Origin: Bacillota bacterium
GTDB taxonomy: Bacteria; Bacillota; Ch66; Ch109
Length of the DNA: 64,000 nucleotides
Direction: 5' to 3'
Assembly: GCA_050952625.1 (NCBI GenBank)
Contig: JBMNLH010000002.1
Location: forward strand, 1 to 64,000
The notes beneath the pieces are model-generated. The model saw only the letters and a program-made list of their open reading frames with translations. It had not been told where the DNA came from and did no database searches. The translations under genes were made by a program, and so were the position numbers. Shown in pieces: positions 63,177 to 64,000 of this stretch. Position 1 is the first letter of the stretch; each line of letters starts with the position of its first letter.

Positions 63177-63358
63177 AATTTCTGGGTGATCACCATTTTC
63201 CATTTTCGGATCTTAACGACATGAGGTTTAATCTATCAAAACGAAACATGATTTTTTCAATAGCTATTAGCTATTAATGTTTTAAAGACCTAGGAAGCAA
63301 AAAAACCGTCCCCTTGCTTCCTTATTTAAAATCAAGCATAGGAGGTATCGCTTTATCG

Positions 63359-64000
63359 ATGAAACCGGCCAAAACTATTCAAAACTTGCCCCCTTATCTT
63401 TTCGCTCGTATTGAGAAATTAATTGCCGAAGCCAAAGAACAAGGCAAGGACATTATTAGTTTAGGAATCGGCGATCCGGATCGCCCCACACCACCGCATG
63501 TTATTAATACCTTGATCGAACAAGCGCAAAACCCGGTTAATCACCAGTATCCCTCCTCCGTTGGGATGCTGGAGTATCGTCGGGCAGTGGCCGATTGGTA
63601 CCAAAGCCGGTTTGGTGTTAATCTTGATCCTAAAACCGAAGTGGTATCGCTAATTGGTTCCAAAGAGGGGATTGGCCATATCAGTTTTTGTTATCTGAAT
63701 CCGGGGGACCTAAGCCTGGTGCCGGATCCAGGGTACCCAGTTTATTCAATCGGCGCCCTGTTAGCTAACGCGAATTCCTATCCCATGCCTTTGTCTCCGG
63801 AAAACGGGTTTCTGCCAGACCTGAAAGCAATTCCGGAAACAGTGGCGAAAGAAGCCAAAATAATGTTTCTGAATTACCCCAACAATCCGACCGGGGCGAC
63901 GGCTGACCTGAACTTTTTTCAGGAGGTTGTTGACTTCGCTCGCCGATATGATATTTTAGTTTGTCATGATGCTGCTTATTCAGAAGTGTATTTTGACGGG
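63359..64000 (+). CDS. dapL: LL-diaminopimelate aminotransferase (runs off the window end)
   Basis: Translated by hand: [19 protein letters not shown]...ISLGIGDPD...GSKEGI...PDPGYPVY...NYPNNPTG...CHDAAYSE; AGGAGG RBS; next to dapF. Confidence 0.88.
   Translation, partial: MKPAKTIQNLPPYLFARIEKLIAEAKEQGKDIISLGIGDPDRPTPPHVINTLIEQAQNPVNHQYPSSVGMLEYRRAVADWYQSRFGVNLDPKTEVVSLIGSKEGIGHISFCYLNPGDLSLVPDPGYPVYSIGALLANANSYPMPLSPENGFLPDLKAIPETVAKEAKIMFLNYPNNPTGATADLNFFQEVVDFARRYDILVCHDAAYSEVYFDG

Overview
64-kb chromosomal segment of a spore-forming, anaerobic Bacillota (Clostridia, Peptococcaceae-like gene content; taxon inferred from gene content only). From left to right: a decayed SLH-anchored RHS/YD (teneurin-like) surface-protein locus with three paralogous PAS(+AraC) regulators; an alternative alpha-glucan/glycogen cluster (DUF4912, GH57 branching enzyme, NDP-sugar pyrophosphorylase-PGM-like fusion, GT4, two small CBM proteins); a NifV-like synthase with a LeuCD-type dehydratase; gatCA with an internally deleted gatB; a MarR / acyl-CoA dehydrogenase / fixABCX unit; a HipA-like kinase, a PHP protein and three K/D-rich spore-protein-like genes with sigmaK-like promoters; DegV, DUF554, a YtrA-type ABC operon, ubiD-lpdD, pcrA-ppaC-ligA and yedEF; a TRAP-type trp leader ahead of trpD and broken trpC/trpF; a two-component system with a VanY-like peptidase; an MNT-HEPN TA pair; GGDEF, MATE, dapF and dapL (partial). 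The standout observation is a ~455-nt non-coding element at 12174-12631. It folds into a radially symmetric six-helix junction with six GAGCNAA-like linkers, compensatory changes between its own arms and G-U pairs only on the + strand. It is a candidate novel structured ncRNA. Several families of short dispersed intergenic repeats and an unusual density of deletions and frameshifts are also visible.
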